DNA of 64,000 nt. Origin: an uncultured Hormoscilla sp. GTDB lineage: Bacteria > Cyanobacteriota > Cyanobacteriia > Cyanobacteriales > Desertifilaceae. Both the position numbers and the translations under genes were made by a program. Location: contig OZ001293.3 of NCBI GenBank assembly GCA_963921275.4, forward strand, positions 96,001-160,000. The letters run 5' to 3'. The notes under the pieces are model-generated. The model had not been told where the DNA came from. It did not search any database and saw only the letters and a program-made list of their open reading frames with translations. Positions 12,262-23,300 of the stretch are shown piece by piece (position 1 is the first letter of the stretch; the number at the start of each line of letters is the position of its first letter).

Positions 12262-14043
12262 TCAATTTGGGGCAATGCTCAACTCCTCAATGTTCCAGAA
12301 TGGTCCGCTATTTGCTGAAAATTTAATATTCTGTACCCGATCGCGCACCGCCTGCATATCTAGTTGATTCACCAGGAAAAACACGGGTAACTGTTCGGCG
12401 ACTATTTGCTGAAATCTGCCGTAAATCTGCTGGCGCTTGTTCTCATCCAGTTCGGCTGCTCCCGCCGCGAACAGACTGTCTATCTCTCGTTCCCAGTCAG
12501 AAACCTGCCAACCTTCGATCAGGGGTTGTCCCGGTTGCGGACCTTGGTTAAATTGATGAAAGGAGCCCCTACTCGACCAGAACAAGGATAGCAGGTTAGG
12601 TTCAATATCGGCACCAGAAACGGCAAAGGAACCCACATAACATTCCCAATCTCGACTTACCAACAGCTTTTTGAGGATAACATTGAAGTTGAGTACCTGT
12701 AAATCCGCTTTGATGCCAATCTGAGCCAAGTCTTGTTGGATATGAACCGCCGTATCGATCCGAGCCTTCTCGGAAGATTTTACCAGGAGAGTAAATTGTA
12801 CCCGATTTCCATCCCAGTCCAGAAGCTCCTTTTCCCTATTGTACTGAAAACCTGCTTCTAGCAATATTTTCTTTGCCTTCTGGGGGTCGTAGTTGTAGAC
12901 CTTTAACCCTGAAGAGGGAGACAGATAATAAGGACTTTGCTCTGCCAGGGGCGAATTTTGTAATTGACCCAGTCCCCGATAAATATTGTTTTTTATTCGG
13001 GAGCGATTGATGGCATAGGCGACTGCTTGTCTGAAGGCTAAGCTATTGAACCAGCGAGACTTGATGGGGTCTACAAAGGGTTTACCTTTAGCATTGCGGG
13101 CTTGATTGAGATTGAAACCGACAAAGCGAATGCCAGGACTCGGGCCGCCGTTGTAAATGGTATATTTGCCGCGCTTTTCCTCTCGCTTCAGTAACTCAAA
13201 TTCCTTTGACGTCACCTCCAGGGTATCAAGTTCCCCAGAGCGAAATCTGAGTAATTGGTTGTCCGTGGATGCAATAATTTGTAATACTAAGCGATCGATG
13301 TAGGGCATCGGATTTCCCCGATCGTCTTTTCGCCAGTAATAGGGGTTCCGTTCCAAGACCACCCGTTCTCCTGGTCTGTAGCTGATGAGGCGGTAGGGAC
13401 CGTTGCTAATAATGTTTTGGGGATCTGTGTCCGTTCCCCACATAGAAATAAATTGAGGATTTCCTTGACTATCGAGCGATCGCACGGAGTCCCGCAAAGC
13501 ATGAGCGGGCATAATTGCCATTATTCTGATGTATCTGACAAAGGGGGCAAAGGGTTCGGGTAAGATAAACTCAACTCGGCGATCGTCTAGTTTCCGCACC
13601 GTTGGGAAAGTACTGCCAATGCGCAGAAAATCTCGATATATAGTGGGAATTTTGGGATTTAGATAAATCTCCTGAAAGGTAAAGACTACATCATCTGCGG
13701 TGAGAGGTTCTCCATCTGACCATTTTAGCCCCGACCGCAGGGTAAAAGTAATTCTTCCCCGATCGTCACTAAACACCCAGGACTCAGCCAGTGCGAGTTC
13801 CAACTCGGCGGTGATGCCATTTTTAGCCACTAATCCTTCGTAGATGTAAAGAAAAGGACTGTAGGGCGTTTTATTGACGGGTAAGTTAAAAGTGCTGGGA
13901 TCGCTGGGCATGACTAATACTAATTGCTCGCCCTGATTCCCCTCGGTTGTAAACTTCATCAGGCTGCAACCGCCTGTGAAAATTAACAGACAAGATAAGG
14001 CCAAGGGAACTAGGATGCGTAGAGATAGAACCACAGCTTTCAT
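12262..14043 (-). CDS. ABC transporter substrate-binding lipoprotein (family 5, peptide/nickel)
   Basis: Lipobox-like FTGGC; LKWSDGEPLTADDVVFT; SNGPY. Confidence 0.9.
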   Translation of the reverse strand: MKAVVLSLRILVPLALSCLLIFTGGCSLMKFTTEGNQGEQLVLVMPSDPSTFNLPVNKTPYSPFLYIYEGLVAKNGITAELELALAESWVFSDDRGRITFTLRSGLKWSDGEPLTADDVVFTFQEIYLNPKIPTIYRDFLRIGSTFPTVRKLDDRRVEFILPEPFAPFVRYIRIMAIMPAHALRDSVRSLDSQGNPQFISMWGTDTDPQNIISNGPYRLISYRPGERVVLERNPYYWRKDDRGNPMPYIDRLVLQIIASTDNQLLRFRSGELDTLEVTSKEFELLKREEKRGKYTIYNGGPSPGIRFVGFNLNQARNAKGKPFVDPIKSRWFNSLAFRQAVAYAINRSRIKNNIYRGLGQLQNSPLAEQSPYYLSPSSGLKVYNYDPQKAKKILLEAGFQYNREKELLDWDGNRVQFTLLVKSSEKARIDTAVHIQQDLAQIGIKADLQVLNFNVILKKLLVSRDWECYVGSFAVSGADIEPNLLSLFWSSRGSFHQFNQGPQPGQPLIEGWQVSDWEREIDSLFAAGAAELDENKRQQIYGRFQQIVAEQLPVFFLVNQLDMQAVRDRVQNIKFSANSGPFWNIEELSIAPN

Positions 14044-14072
14044 CGGATTTCCCTCGGTAGCGGTGTTGAAAT

Positions 14073-14951
14073 TCAAAGGCATGAGTTGTCCACGACTCCT
14101 AAGCGCAGTGCAATCCGCTTATACTTGCTTGCATCATAGGGAGTCCCTCGGTGCATCACTTGCGAGTTGTCCCAAAATAAAATATCTCCTGGATGCCAAA
14201 CATGGGAATAAACTGGCGTGCGGGTACACGCAGTTTGAAACAGTTCCTGCCAAAACTGTTTTGCCGTCTCTGGTTTATCCTCCATGCCGACAGGAATTGC
14301 TGTGTGGAAGCCTAGATATAATCCTTTTTTACCAGTGACCCTGTGAGTGGACACTATTGGATGCACTTTCTTGGGAAGAACGACCTCCGAAGGCTGCTTA
14401 GAGAATACTGGTGGTGTATGATACATCGACATCTGCTCTAGTTGCTGCTGATGAGAGCGATCGAGGTTATTGTACCCTTCTATCATGTCGAGGAACTCAG
14501 TAGTATGGGGCTGCCCATCTATTCCTTCGGGAGGTATTTCCACCCCATAGAGCATCACCACATAAAGTGCATTCATCTCCAGTCCCTCCGTGCGCGGGAC
14601 GCCATCCTTATCATTATGCCATTGCCAAGCAATCTTTCCCACTGGTTCGGAAGTAAATCCCTTGGGATTTCCCAATATAGCCACATATCTGCTTTGTAAG
14701 TCTGGACTGATATCGGGATCTAATGTGAAAGACTTGCCCCCAAACATTAGATCGCCAAATGTCTGTCTGGCAAATTCTTCTAACTGCGATGCCGTCAGAT
14801 GTTGCTGTCTGACTACGACAACGCCGTGTTCCCAAAGGGATTCCTTCAGTTCCCGTACCTGTTCGTCTGTCAGGTGGGCGAGATTGCAACCGGACAGCAC
14901 TTCTATTCTGAGTCTTGGGTGGTGCTGTTGATGCTTAGTGTTTTCCGTCAT
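14073..14951 (-). CDS. TauD/TfdA-family Fe(II)/2-oxoglutarate dioxygenase
   Basis: WHND (HxD), HPIV...TGKKGLYL, WHPGDILFWDN...HRG. Confidence 0.9.
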   Translation of the reverse strand: MTENTKHQQHHPRLRIEVLSGCNLAHLTDEQVRELKESLWEHGVVVVRQQHLTASQLEEFARQTFGDLMFGGKSFTLDPDISPDLQSRYVAILGNPKGFTSEPVGKIAWQWHNDKDGVPRTEGLEMNALYVVMLYGVEIPPEGIDGQPHTTEFLDMIEGYNNLDRSHQQQLEQMSMYHTPPVFSKQPSEVVLPKKVHPIVSTHRVTGKKGLYLGFHTAIPVGMEDKPETAKQFWQELFQTACTRTPVYSHVWHPGDILFWDNSQVMHRGTPYDASKYKRIALRLGVVDNSCL

Positions 14952-15030
14952 CTTGTCATCTCCTATCTTATAGCACACATTATCCTCTACTTGTCAAGCA
15001 TACTCAAGAGCGATCCTTATAGGTAGTATA

Positions 15031-15430
15031 TCACTTTGGGGCAATTCTCAGCTCGTCAATTTTCCATAACGGTCCTCCTCCATAAGGATAAAATTCTCTA
15101 TTCTGTACCCGATCGCGCACTGCCTGCAACTGGAGGAAACTGACCAGGAAAAACACTGGCACCTGTTCGGCAACAACTTGCTGAAATCTGCCGTATATCT
15201 CCCGACGCTTGCTTTCCTCAAGTTCTTTAGCCCCTGCACTCAACAGACTGTCAATCTCTCGCTCCCAGTCAGAAACTTGCCAACCTGCGATCGGGGGTTA
15301 TCCTGGTTGGGGACCTTGGTTAAATTGATGATAGGAACCACTACTATACCATAAAAAAGAGAGGAGATTGGGTTTTACCTCTGCACCGGCAATGCCAAAC
15401 ATCCCCACATAGCATTCCCAATCTCGCGTT
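15031..15430 (-). pseudogene. C-terminal fragment of a paralogous family-5 substrate-binding protein
   Basis: Similar to the C-terminus of 12262-14043; internal stop. Confidence 0.8.
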
Positions 15431-15464
15431 ATGAAGCCATAGCGGGCTACTAAGGTGGCAAAGT

Positions 15465-15743
15465 TTAAGTATCTCTCTTGTCAACCAATGCCCCCTGTAG
15501 CATCAGAACGATAGGAAAAGTGGTGGTTTTGTTCTCGGCAATGGGAAAGTAAATGTCCGTTTCATCAACCCCTTTCAGGCTACCCGTAGTCGGAATTTCG
15601 GTGCTGTAGCTTCTAGCTGCTGCTTGGGTGGGAGGTGGGTTGCTAGTATAGGCGATCGCTGTTATGCTACCTAACCTCATGAAGAAGCCACTTAACAGGG
15701 CGATCCAAGTATACTTCCTAGTTAGTCTTGTTTGTGTTGTCAT
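15465..15743 (-). pseudogene. N-terminal fragment of an alpha/beta hydrolase (chlorophyllase-like)
   Basis: Signal-like N-terminus, then DETDIYFP...FPIVLMLQGALVDK, truncated. Confidence 0.5.
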
Positions 15744-15920
15744 TGCATCAATCAAATAGTTGCTTTGAGGGAAACTGTCTCATTTGAAATTTATCTGATC
15801 GATCGGACTTGTCCCACTTTAACAAAGTTTGCCGCACGCATCGCAACCAACCAGAAGATGAGTTGATCTGCCCTAACCCAATCTATTCTACTCACAGCCT
15901 CCCTACCTTGTCAACCCCTG

Positions 15921-16110
15921 CGGGTGTGGTCATGGGTCAGTTGGTTGTGTTGCCCAAACCCGCGAATGGTGGGTCGATATATCCACTCTTTTGTGCGTAA
16001 GGCGCGAGCTGTCCGGTGGGTAGTGCGAGTAGCGCTCCCCACCGGACAGCTCTCCGGATATATCGAAGGTGCCCACCCTACCAATGCAACGGTCTGCATG
16101 ACCGCACCCG
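15921..16110. repeat. Nested-palindrome element (MITE/REP composite or structured RNA)
   Basis: Outer IR cgggtgtggtcatg/catgaccgcacccg; middle tcgatatatcc/ggatatatcga; inner gagctgtccggtggg/cccaccggacagctc. Confidence 0.6.
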
Positions 16111-17061
16111 TCAACTAGGCTTAATGCCAACGATCGCGCGATGACGGGGGTCGCTTGCTACGGTGGTTTTGCACTGGAAACCGACCTCCTGCATCGCCGC
16201 CTCTACGTCAAAAGTGTGGTAGTCATCAAGCCAAGGTTCGGTACTTTTTAACAGCACAAACAGTGCTGGCGGCAGATTTTGAAGTACGGGCGATCGCGGA
16301 TCTTGGTCTAAAATTGCCAAACAGCCACCGGGGCGCAAAACCCGCAGCGCTTCTTGGAAAACATTCCGAGTTGCATGGCGCGGTAGGTGGTGAAGTACCG
16401 ATTTTAGCGTTACTACGTCAAACGAATTTTCTGGTAAACCGGTCTTTTCCGCGTTAGCGTGTATCCACTCGGAAATATCGCCGTTGACATCTACAGTTTT
16501 GGCGACAGCTAGCATATAAGGGGACAAGTCTAAACCCACCGTCCTCACTTTCGTTTTTTGTCGCTGGCAGTAATAGCGGTGAAGCGGGAAAGTTAACATT
16601 CCCACCGAACAGCCCATATCTAACACATCTTTTACTAACGATGGGCTGTACTCGTCCAATACTTGATAAAAATTACCTAGCAAGCGTTCGTATGCGCTTT
16701 CTCCGCTAAGGTTTTCTTGCGGCCAAACTCTCAAAGCTCTCACATATGTAGCTGGGATAGCTTCAAAGGCAGCTTGCCAACATAGATCCCCCTCTTCATA
16801 AGCGTGGAAAGGCTTTCGATAATAGTCTGGATACCCAACGCTCGGGTTGGTAATATCGGAAAGCAGTCCCTTCGCACCTGATGCCTCTAACTCCTGGTAG
16901 GTTTGCCGCCAAGGGACACCATTTTTTTCAGCGGTTTTAATCATCACCCGCCTAGCTTGGTGTTTCATCACCTGGTAGATGGGTTTTGTCTGGATTAACA
17001 GATTCACAAATCGCGACAGCAATTCATCACCCGTCCAGTTTGGTTTCAGCTTGTTCGTCAT
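16111..17061 (-). CDS. Class I SAM-dependent methyltransferase
   Basis: VLDMGCSVG, GLDLSPYML, RVLRPGG. Confidence 0.9.
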   Translation of the reverse strand: MTNKLKPNWTGDELLSRFVNLLIQTKPIYQVMKHQARRVMIKTAEKNGVPWRQTYQELEASGAKGLLSDITNPSVGYPDYYRKPFHAYEEGDLCWQAAFEAIPATYVRALRVWPQENLSGESAYERLLGNFYQVLDEYSPSLVKDVLDMGCSVGMLTFPLHRYYCQRQKTKVRTVGLDLSPYMLAVAKTVDVNGDISEWIHANAEKTGLPENSFDVVTLKSVLHHLPRHATRNVFQEALRVLRPGGCLAILDQDPRSPVLQNLPPALFVLLKSTEPWLDDYHTFDVEAAMQEVGFQCKTTVASDPRHRAIVGIKPS

Positions 17062-17129
17062 AGTCTTATAAATGATTAGTCAGATCATTATTGCATAACT
17101 TTACTCTTATCTGCGAGCCAAAATCTCCC

Positions 17130-17332
17130 CCACAACTCACGGAAACTCCCGCAGCTTCCAACAGCCAAGCCGTATATAAACCGGAAAGACCAGCACCCAG
17201 CACCAGCACTGAAGTTGGTTTTGTTTCTTGGGCTACAGCAAGTTGTCCTGCCCGACCTGCTAGTAGCAGGGCCAGGGCCGACTGGCTGAGTCTCGATAAA
17301 AAATTACGGCGCTTCCAACGAACCATCCTCAT
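17130..17332 (-). pseudogene. N-terminal fragment of a Tat-exported flavin amine oxidase
   Basis: RRNFL Tat motif; VLVLGAGLSGLYTA FAD-binding motif; truncated. Confidence 0.7.
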
Positions 17333-17484
17333 TGCCTTCTTTTGAGCTTACCCTTCCTTTGGCAGCTTACCTGTAATTGCGAGGGCCTGATTATAACTTT
17401 TGTTAAGTTTCATGTACTTATCTATCTTAACAGCACAGAGAGCACGGGTGATGATATGTTGATTCAGGGTACTACACAAGGGTT

Positions 17485-17790
17485 ATGAGTAATTCTGGTA
17501 CTACAGAATTGCCTCTCTGGGTGCAAGACAGAAATACCGTCATTGCCAATAATGCTGGAGTAGAATGGCGAAATGGCGAACAGCCATGGCTACACGGATA
17601 AATTTTTCAAGGAAGAGAGTCAGTTCCATCATCCGGAAGGTTCCTTGGAGGCGATCGCCCAAAACTTGGTGAGAACCTTTGAAATGGAAGCATCCCACAA
17701 AGCCAACCCCCCAACAATGGATATCCATTGTCACCGATAAGTTTCCCATGAGTACCAACGGGGGACGGCCTTACACAGCACAGCCTTTCC
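17485..17790 (+). pseudogene. Fragment of a pathogenesis-related/SnoaL-like protein
   Basis: HPEGSLEAIAQNLVRTFEMEASHKANPQQW. Confidence 0.5.
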
Positions 17791-18141
17791 CAATGGGTTT
17801 CTCTGGGAAATAACAGAAGTGCTTGCCGGACCGCCAAATGTAACATTTTTTCGGAAAATGAAAGAAGTAACCATGGGGGAGATCGAGCATGGAGAGAGTA
17901 CAATATACGTGCAAGTTGTCCACCAGGGGACGGGTAAAGTTCTGGACCTGGAGACAATGACCCTGGTAAGCGATACCGAACGGGTGCGCACAACAACTGT
18001 TCGATCGGGAGGGAGTATTTAAGGGCTGAAGAGTAATTATGGAAAGTCGAGTAGATTAAAATGGTGACAAAAGTAGTGCAGTGCTAGACTTCACGAAAGA
18101 GTAATGTGATTTTGACCGCCGACCACTGACAAAGGAATTCT

Positions 18142-18270
18142 ATGGATCCCAAAGAACAGAACTGGAAAAACTTAACTGCCAAGCATTTGCGGGACTGGCA
18201 CGGTATTTGGACCCAAGTATGACGAATCTGGTGCTTTTTATAGCTTGACGCTGGATCTATTACACCTTAT
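18142..18270 (+). pseudogene. DUF3598-like remnant
   Basis: MDPKEQNWKNLTAKHLRDWHGIWT followed by apparent C-terminal residues, implying an internal deletion. Confidence 0.4.
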
Positions 18271-18463
18271 CTAGTAGAAGCTCTAAACCGGATTTCGGGT
18301 GAGATTCCCAACAAAATATCTACATTTTACCCACAAGAAATTCGGTTTATTTACCGAGGGTGAGCGATCTCATCCTCATCTACTCCCCATCTCTATTAAC
18401 GTTCGCCACCAAAATTTACCTTAAATCTTCCCAGTCATTTTGTTATATTCTCAGGCGATCGCT

Positions 18464-19113
18464 TCACCCTGCCGTCGAGAGCCAGTCTTCTAACTTCAGA
18501 CCCGGAACCCTGAGCATATCGGAATCGTGAGAAACCAGAGTCAAGTCCCGGGCGATCGCCGTTGCCGCGATCAAAATATCTGCATCTCCTATCGGCGTCC
18601 CTACGCTTTAAATCTGCATGGATTTCTGCCGATCTCTCTAAAATCTCTAAGTCGCTTGGAGTCGCGCGTATCAATAACTTTTGGATAAGTAGTAGGACAT
18701 AATTATTTTCAAATTTCCCAGGCAAGCACAATCTGCTGATTTTGCACCAATGACTGCACCGATAAAGCATCAGTTTCGTCCATTACGACCACCCGTGCGG
18801 CTACTTTCTCCAACTCTGTTACACGTGCAGTAGTCGTGGTAGTTGCTGTCACCAAGTGACCCCGTTCTTGCCAATAGCGAGCTACAGATGCTCCAACATA
18901 AAATGCAACGGTAACCGCTTCGCAAAAGGTATTAAACTTAGACAGTTTCCTGGTAGCATTGGCATACAACAAGCCTCTCTTAGTCTCGTAGTAGCTGATT
19001 ATACTTATATACAGGTTTTCTTCCTGAAAATTTGCCTCCTTGATTTTAGCTCTAATTTTTTCATCATTCTTCAAATGCGCCGTGATAATATTTGTATCTA
19101 GCAGATAACCCAT
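18464..19113 (-). pseudogene. VapC/PIN toxin split by a foreign insert (~18660-18900)
   Basis: YLLDTNII N-terminal half; DADILIAATAIARDLTLVSHDSD C-terminal half; an epimerase-like fragment lies between. Confidence 0.75.
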
Positions 19114-19121
19114 GGCAAATT

Positions 19122-19418
19122 CTACCTTCCTTCTACTGCGGCATCAAACATTTCGATTTGCTCTGGAGTTAGGTCTAAAAGCATTCCCGCCGTGGCCTCG
19201 CTCGCCATTACACCCTTGACCCTTTTTGTCAGTCGCTCGCCATCCAAAGAGATAATCTCTTCTGGCTCCACCACCCGGTCTAACAGGTCCGAAAAAATTT
19301 GCATTAGTTCGTTTTTGTCTAGTTCTTTCTGATAAAGAGTATTTGTTTTGATTAATCGATCGACTATAGCCGATATCCGAGACAGGGCTGCATCTTTTGC
19401 TGTAGAGACTTGAATCAT
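19122..19418 (-). CDS. Putative antitoxin upstream of the PIN gene
   Basis: Small ORF abutting vapC; LTPEQIEMFD C-terminus. Confidence 0.55.
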   Translation of the reverse strand: MIQVSTAKDAALSRISAIVDRLIKTNTLYQKELDKNELMQIFSDLLDRVVEPEEIISLDGERLTKRVKGVMASEATAGMLLDLTPEQIEMFDAAVEGR

Positions 19419-19623
19419 AAATTCCTCCCACTTGCGATCGTAACGCTAAATCTGGTAGCCGTCGTTATATATTCTCTTTAATTATAGCCTGCTACAATGT
19501 TAAGAAATATGTGAGTAAGGCATAGCGCCGAATGGGGGGAGTTTAATGTTGGGTAACGTTGCGGAAACCAAATCTACAGAATAGCTATGCCATATTCTCT
19601 TCAAAAGGGTTAAGTAATGCCAG

Positions 19624-19958
19624 CTCAGTTATCCACTGAAAATCATCCATATTCCGAGTTACTAAAGTCATGCTATATTGTAGAGCTGTTCCGGCAATAA
19701 TAGCATCGCCAACGCTCATTCTCCTCTGTTGTCGCAGAGTTACTGCTTGCTCTATGACTGCTTGCGATATCGGGATGATTCTAGTAGCGTCAAAGAATTC
19801 ATAGAAGTAAGGCGATCGTCAGCAGTAAGCTGATGGTAGCCAAGCACTTCTAAATAACTCAGTGCAGACACTGCTGGCTCCTGTTCGGCGATAAATTGCC
19901 TCAAGCGAGAATTTTCTGGTTGCACTGAGTAGATAATAATGTTGCTATCTAAAAGCAT
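19624..19958 (-). pseudogene. VapC/PIN toxin, frameshifted
   Basis: MLLDSNIIIY...; GDAIIAGTAL...VTRN..DF in another frame. Confidence 0.75.
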
Positions 19959-19989
19959 TATCCTCTTATCCTTTAACATGCCGAAGGGA

Positions 19990-20226
19990 TCAGTCTTGAC
20001 GTATATCGCGCTGCCATGCCACTGGATCCACTCCCGCGAAGGTATTGAGGGCAGCAAGTTTTTCTAAAGCTTCTGCCATTTTCTGACCGCGAGAGACTGT
20101 CTCTCTACCTGGATGGGATTCTAAAATTGTAACATGAACCTCCAAAGGGCGATCGCTCATTTCTGGAGTTTCGTCAAGCCACTCTAAGCGGTTTCCTGTC
20201 AATACAGCCTTAAAGGTTTGCAACAT
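19990..20226 (-). CDS. Putative antitoxin
   Basis: C-terminal DPVAWQRDIRQD; upstream of the PIN gene. Confidence 0.6.
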   Translation of the reverse strand: MLQTFKAVLTGNRLEWLDETPEMSDRPLEVHVTILESHPGRETVSRGQKMAEALEKLAALNTFAGVDPVAWQRDIRQD

Positions 20227-20329
20227 AAAGTTAAGTCCCAATTGAGTGTTCTCCTGTCTATTATATCTTTAATGGGGTAGGGTTAACGAAGGAAACCCTA
20301 CCAAATTTGCCCCATTACCTATTACTAAT

Positions 20330-23300
20330 TTACGATCGCCACTGGTAAGGCGATCGCTTGACTGCCTCATAGTTAGCATCTAACTCCGGTTCCAGTAACA
20401 AAATCGCCCCAATACGTCGGGCCATATTCGTTACTTCCTGCACTTCGGAAACTTCCAGAGGTCGTCCTAACAAACATTTTTCGCGATAACTCAACCATTT
20501 TTTAATCACCTGATAGCCGCCGATGGTGTAATCCCAGACTCGGGCGGGGATATTTTGCCAGTAAGCGACATCGTTGAGATAAACGTCCCGGGTGTCTTCC
20601 CCCAGTTGTCCGGTTGCTTCTCCCATAGCTTTTCGTTCCTCGGGACTATAGAGGCGCTGTGCGATTTTGCCCTTGCCCGGCCTGGTGATGCCGTTTTTGT
20701 TACGGGAACCCCAACAGGCGGTGACGGCAAATTCCTTCGGGTTGAGGTTGCCGCCACCGACGCGAGAAACAACTGCCACGGCCCGGAATTCGGGGCGAAT
20801 TTTCCCCGAGGTGACGCCCGGAGTGGGAGTTTCGGTATCTAGGAGGGCCGCTATTTGGTGACCGAGTTGGGCGGAAGCGAGAAGGGTTTCGCGGTTGTCT
20901 GGTAGGGGAATGCGAGGCCAGTCTTGACGGATGCCGTCGGCGTTTTCTGCCAGGTAGGCCGGAGAGTAACCGATCGCCAAGGAGTGCATCCAAATCAGCA
21001 AAGCTGTTTCCCTATCTTCATCGGGATTAGGAAACCCCAAACCTGCTAAATAATTTCTGGCAGCCTCCGAGAGATTGGCAAAAGGTCGATCCACCTCTGG
21101 CTTTTCTGGCAACAAATCCAGCAAACTTAATTGTTCTTTTGGGCGCAACCGTGCCCCATTCATCAGTTGCAACGGAAAATAATAGGCATGACCCCGCAAA
21201 AAATCATTGTCTCCCAACAGCCGAGTGAAGAAAAATGGACAACCTTCAAGACTCACAACTCCAGCGGGGCGGGTCATCAAAAATGAATTTCCTAGCCAAC
21301 ATTGCTTCCAAAGAGAAGGACGCGAGCTATTCCAAACCCCACTTACGGATGTGTAGTAGCACCAACGGACTTCAAACGGACGCAAGGCATAACGAACTAA
21401 GCGTTCTGGTAAGAATTGACCTTGTAGGAGCGCATTCCGCCGCACAACTTTAGGCTCGAAACTCGCTCTTAGCTTGACTAAGCCATAATTCAATGCTGCG
21501 TAATTATCCCAGCTTAACTCGGGATCTAGATAAGCTCTCATCCGTTGTTCTAGAGCATCTCGATCGATATCAATCAATGCTCTTCCCCTCTTTTCCATTA
21601 AGCCATTGCTAGGAGCGATCGCACAAAACTCCGTTAACTTTTGCCATTCATAATAAGGCTCTTCAACTTCTGAAAACCGGAACGAGTAACGATTGTTAAA
21701 GGTGGGATTACATCGATCGTAAGAATCATTAAATCCATCGGCATTTAAACTCTGAACTAAATCCTCCCGTTTATTGACTCCCCAAAAATGCCGAAACCGT
21801 ACCATAGGTTTGTCCTGGCGTTGTTCCTTTCTGACCATCAACGCGATCTCCGTACCTACTCGGATTCCCTCCCGGTTGTATTCCGTCGAAAACACGCTCG
21901 GATCCGGTTTACCCTCTGGGGTTAACTTCCCCGTCTCCCGACTGGACCCGTTCAAACAATCAAACCACAACCGATCGAACTCCCTCAAAAAACGTTGCCG
22001 CATCACCACATAAGACGGATCCCCCAAATAAGAGAAATTAGAAATGTAACAAACCACACCCTTTTTCGGTTCGATCTCGGTAATACAATACTCGGCTAGC
22101 CGAAAGAACCGAACGTACAAATCATCAAGATTAAACTTTTTAATTCCCCAGTCCTTAATCAACCCCTCTTTATATATATCCACCAACCCCTCTTCTTCCT
22201 TGGGACTCACTCCCGCATAAGCGTTATAAGGAGGATTGCCCAAAACCACCAAAATCGGTTTTCCGCGCTTCACCTCGTCAGCGGCATCCTTTTCCTCTCC
22301 CAGTTCGGGAAAATTTAACGAAAGTTGCTTATACCTCACCTTCGCTTCCTCCGTTGGCGGTTCCCAACCGGTCAAAGCATTAGTCAAATAAACCCCCACT
22401 CGTTCGGAAGGCGACAGGGGTACTCCCAAATTCTGCAACAGCAAACCCAACTGTAAATGAGCGACTACAAAGGGCGCGGTCAAAATTTCAAACCCAAACA
22501 CCCGATTTTTGGCCGCCGCCTTCAGTTGGAAACCCACTAATGCCCCCAACCCCTTCTCCTCTAAAGTGGCATTGATGCGCTTGAGAACTTCCACCAAATA
22601 GGCCCCAGTGCCGCAACAAGGATCGAGAATATAAACGTTTGGGTCTGCTAAACCGTCGGAGATTTCCAACTCTTCGCGCAAAACCCCATCCACCCGTTCT
22701 ACCATATACTCCACAACTTCCGGTGGCGTGTACCAAACTCCTAAATCTTTGCGCAATTTCGGATCGAATGCCTCCAGAAACGGTTCGTAAAAGTATTGAA
22801 CCGCCCGCCCTTCCTCAAACTGGGAGAAAAACGCCTCGGTATCTACCCGGTTGAGGGCATCTCCCGTCCAGTCCAACACCTCCACTAAATCCAATTTGCC
22901 CAACTTTGTCGGCGTCGCCACCTTCTCGAACAGCGCTTTAATGGTGGGAACGTGCAAATCCAAAGCTGCTTTCTTCCAATCGAATTTACCCTGTTTGTTC
23001 TGTTTGTGCCACAGCACCCAGGCCGAAAAGATGCCGTAGAACAAGGTTTGAATGAGGGCGGATTTAAAAAAGCGATCGCCCTTTAAGCCATCGCCCTTTT
23101 TCCCCTCAAAAGAAACTCCCAACGCTTCCTCTAAAGCTTGGCGGATCTGTTTGAGTGCCGGTAGTTCGGTTTTCTCAATGCGCGATCGGGCATCTTTAGC
23201 GTAGGATGCGAGAAACCAGGCAACATCTTTGGGAGTAGCGATCGCTGCCGACTGCAACATCACCCGTTTGAGATATTCGGTAAACTGTTCTGCCTGTTCT

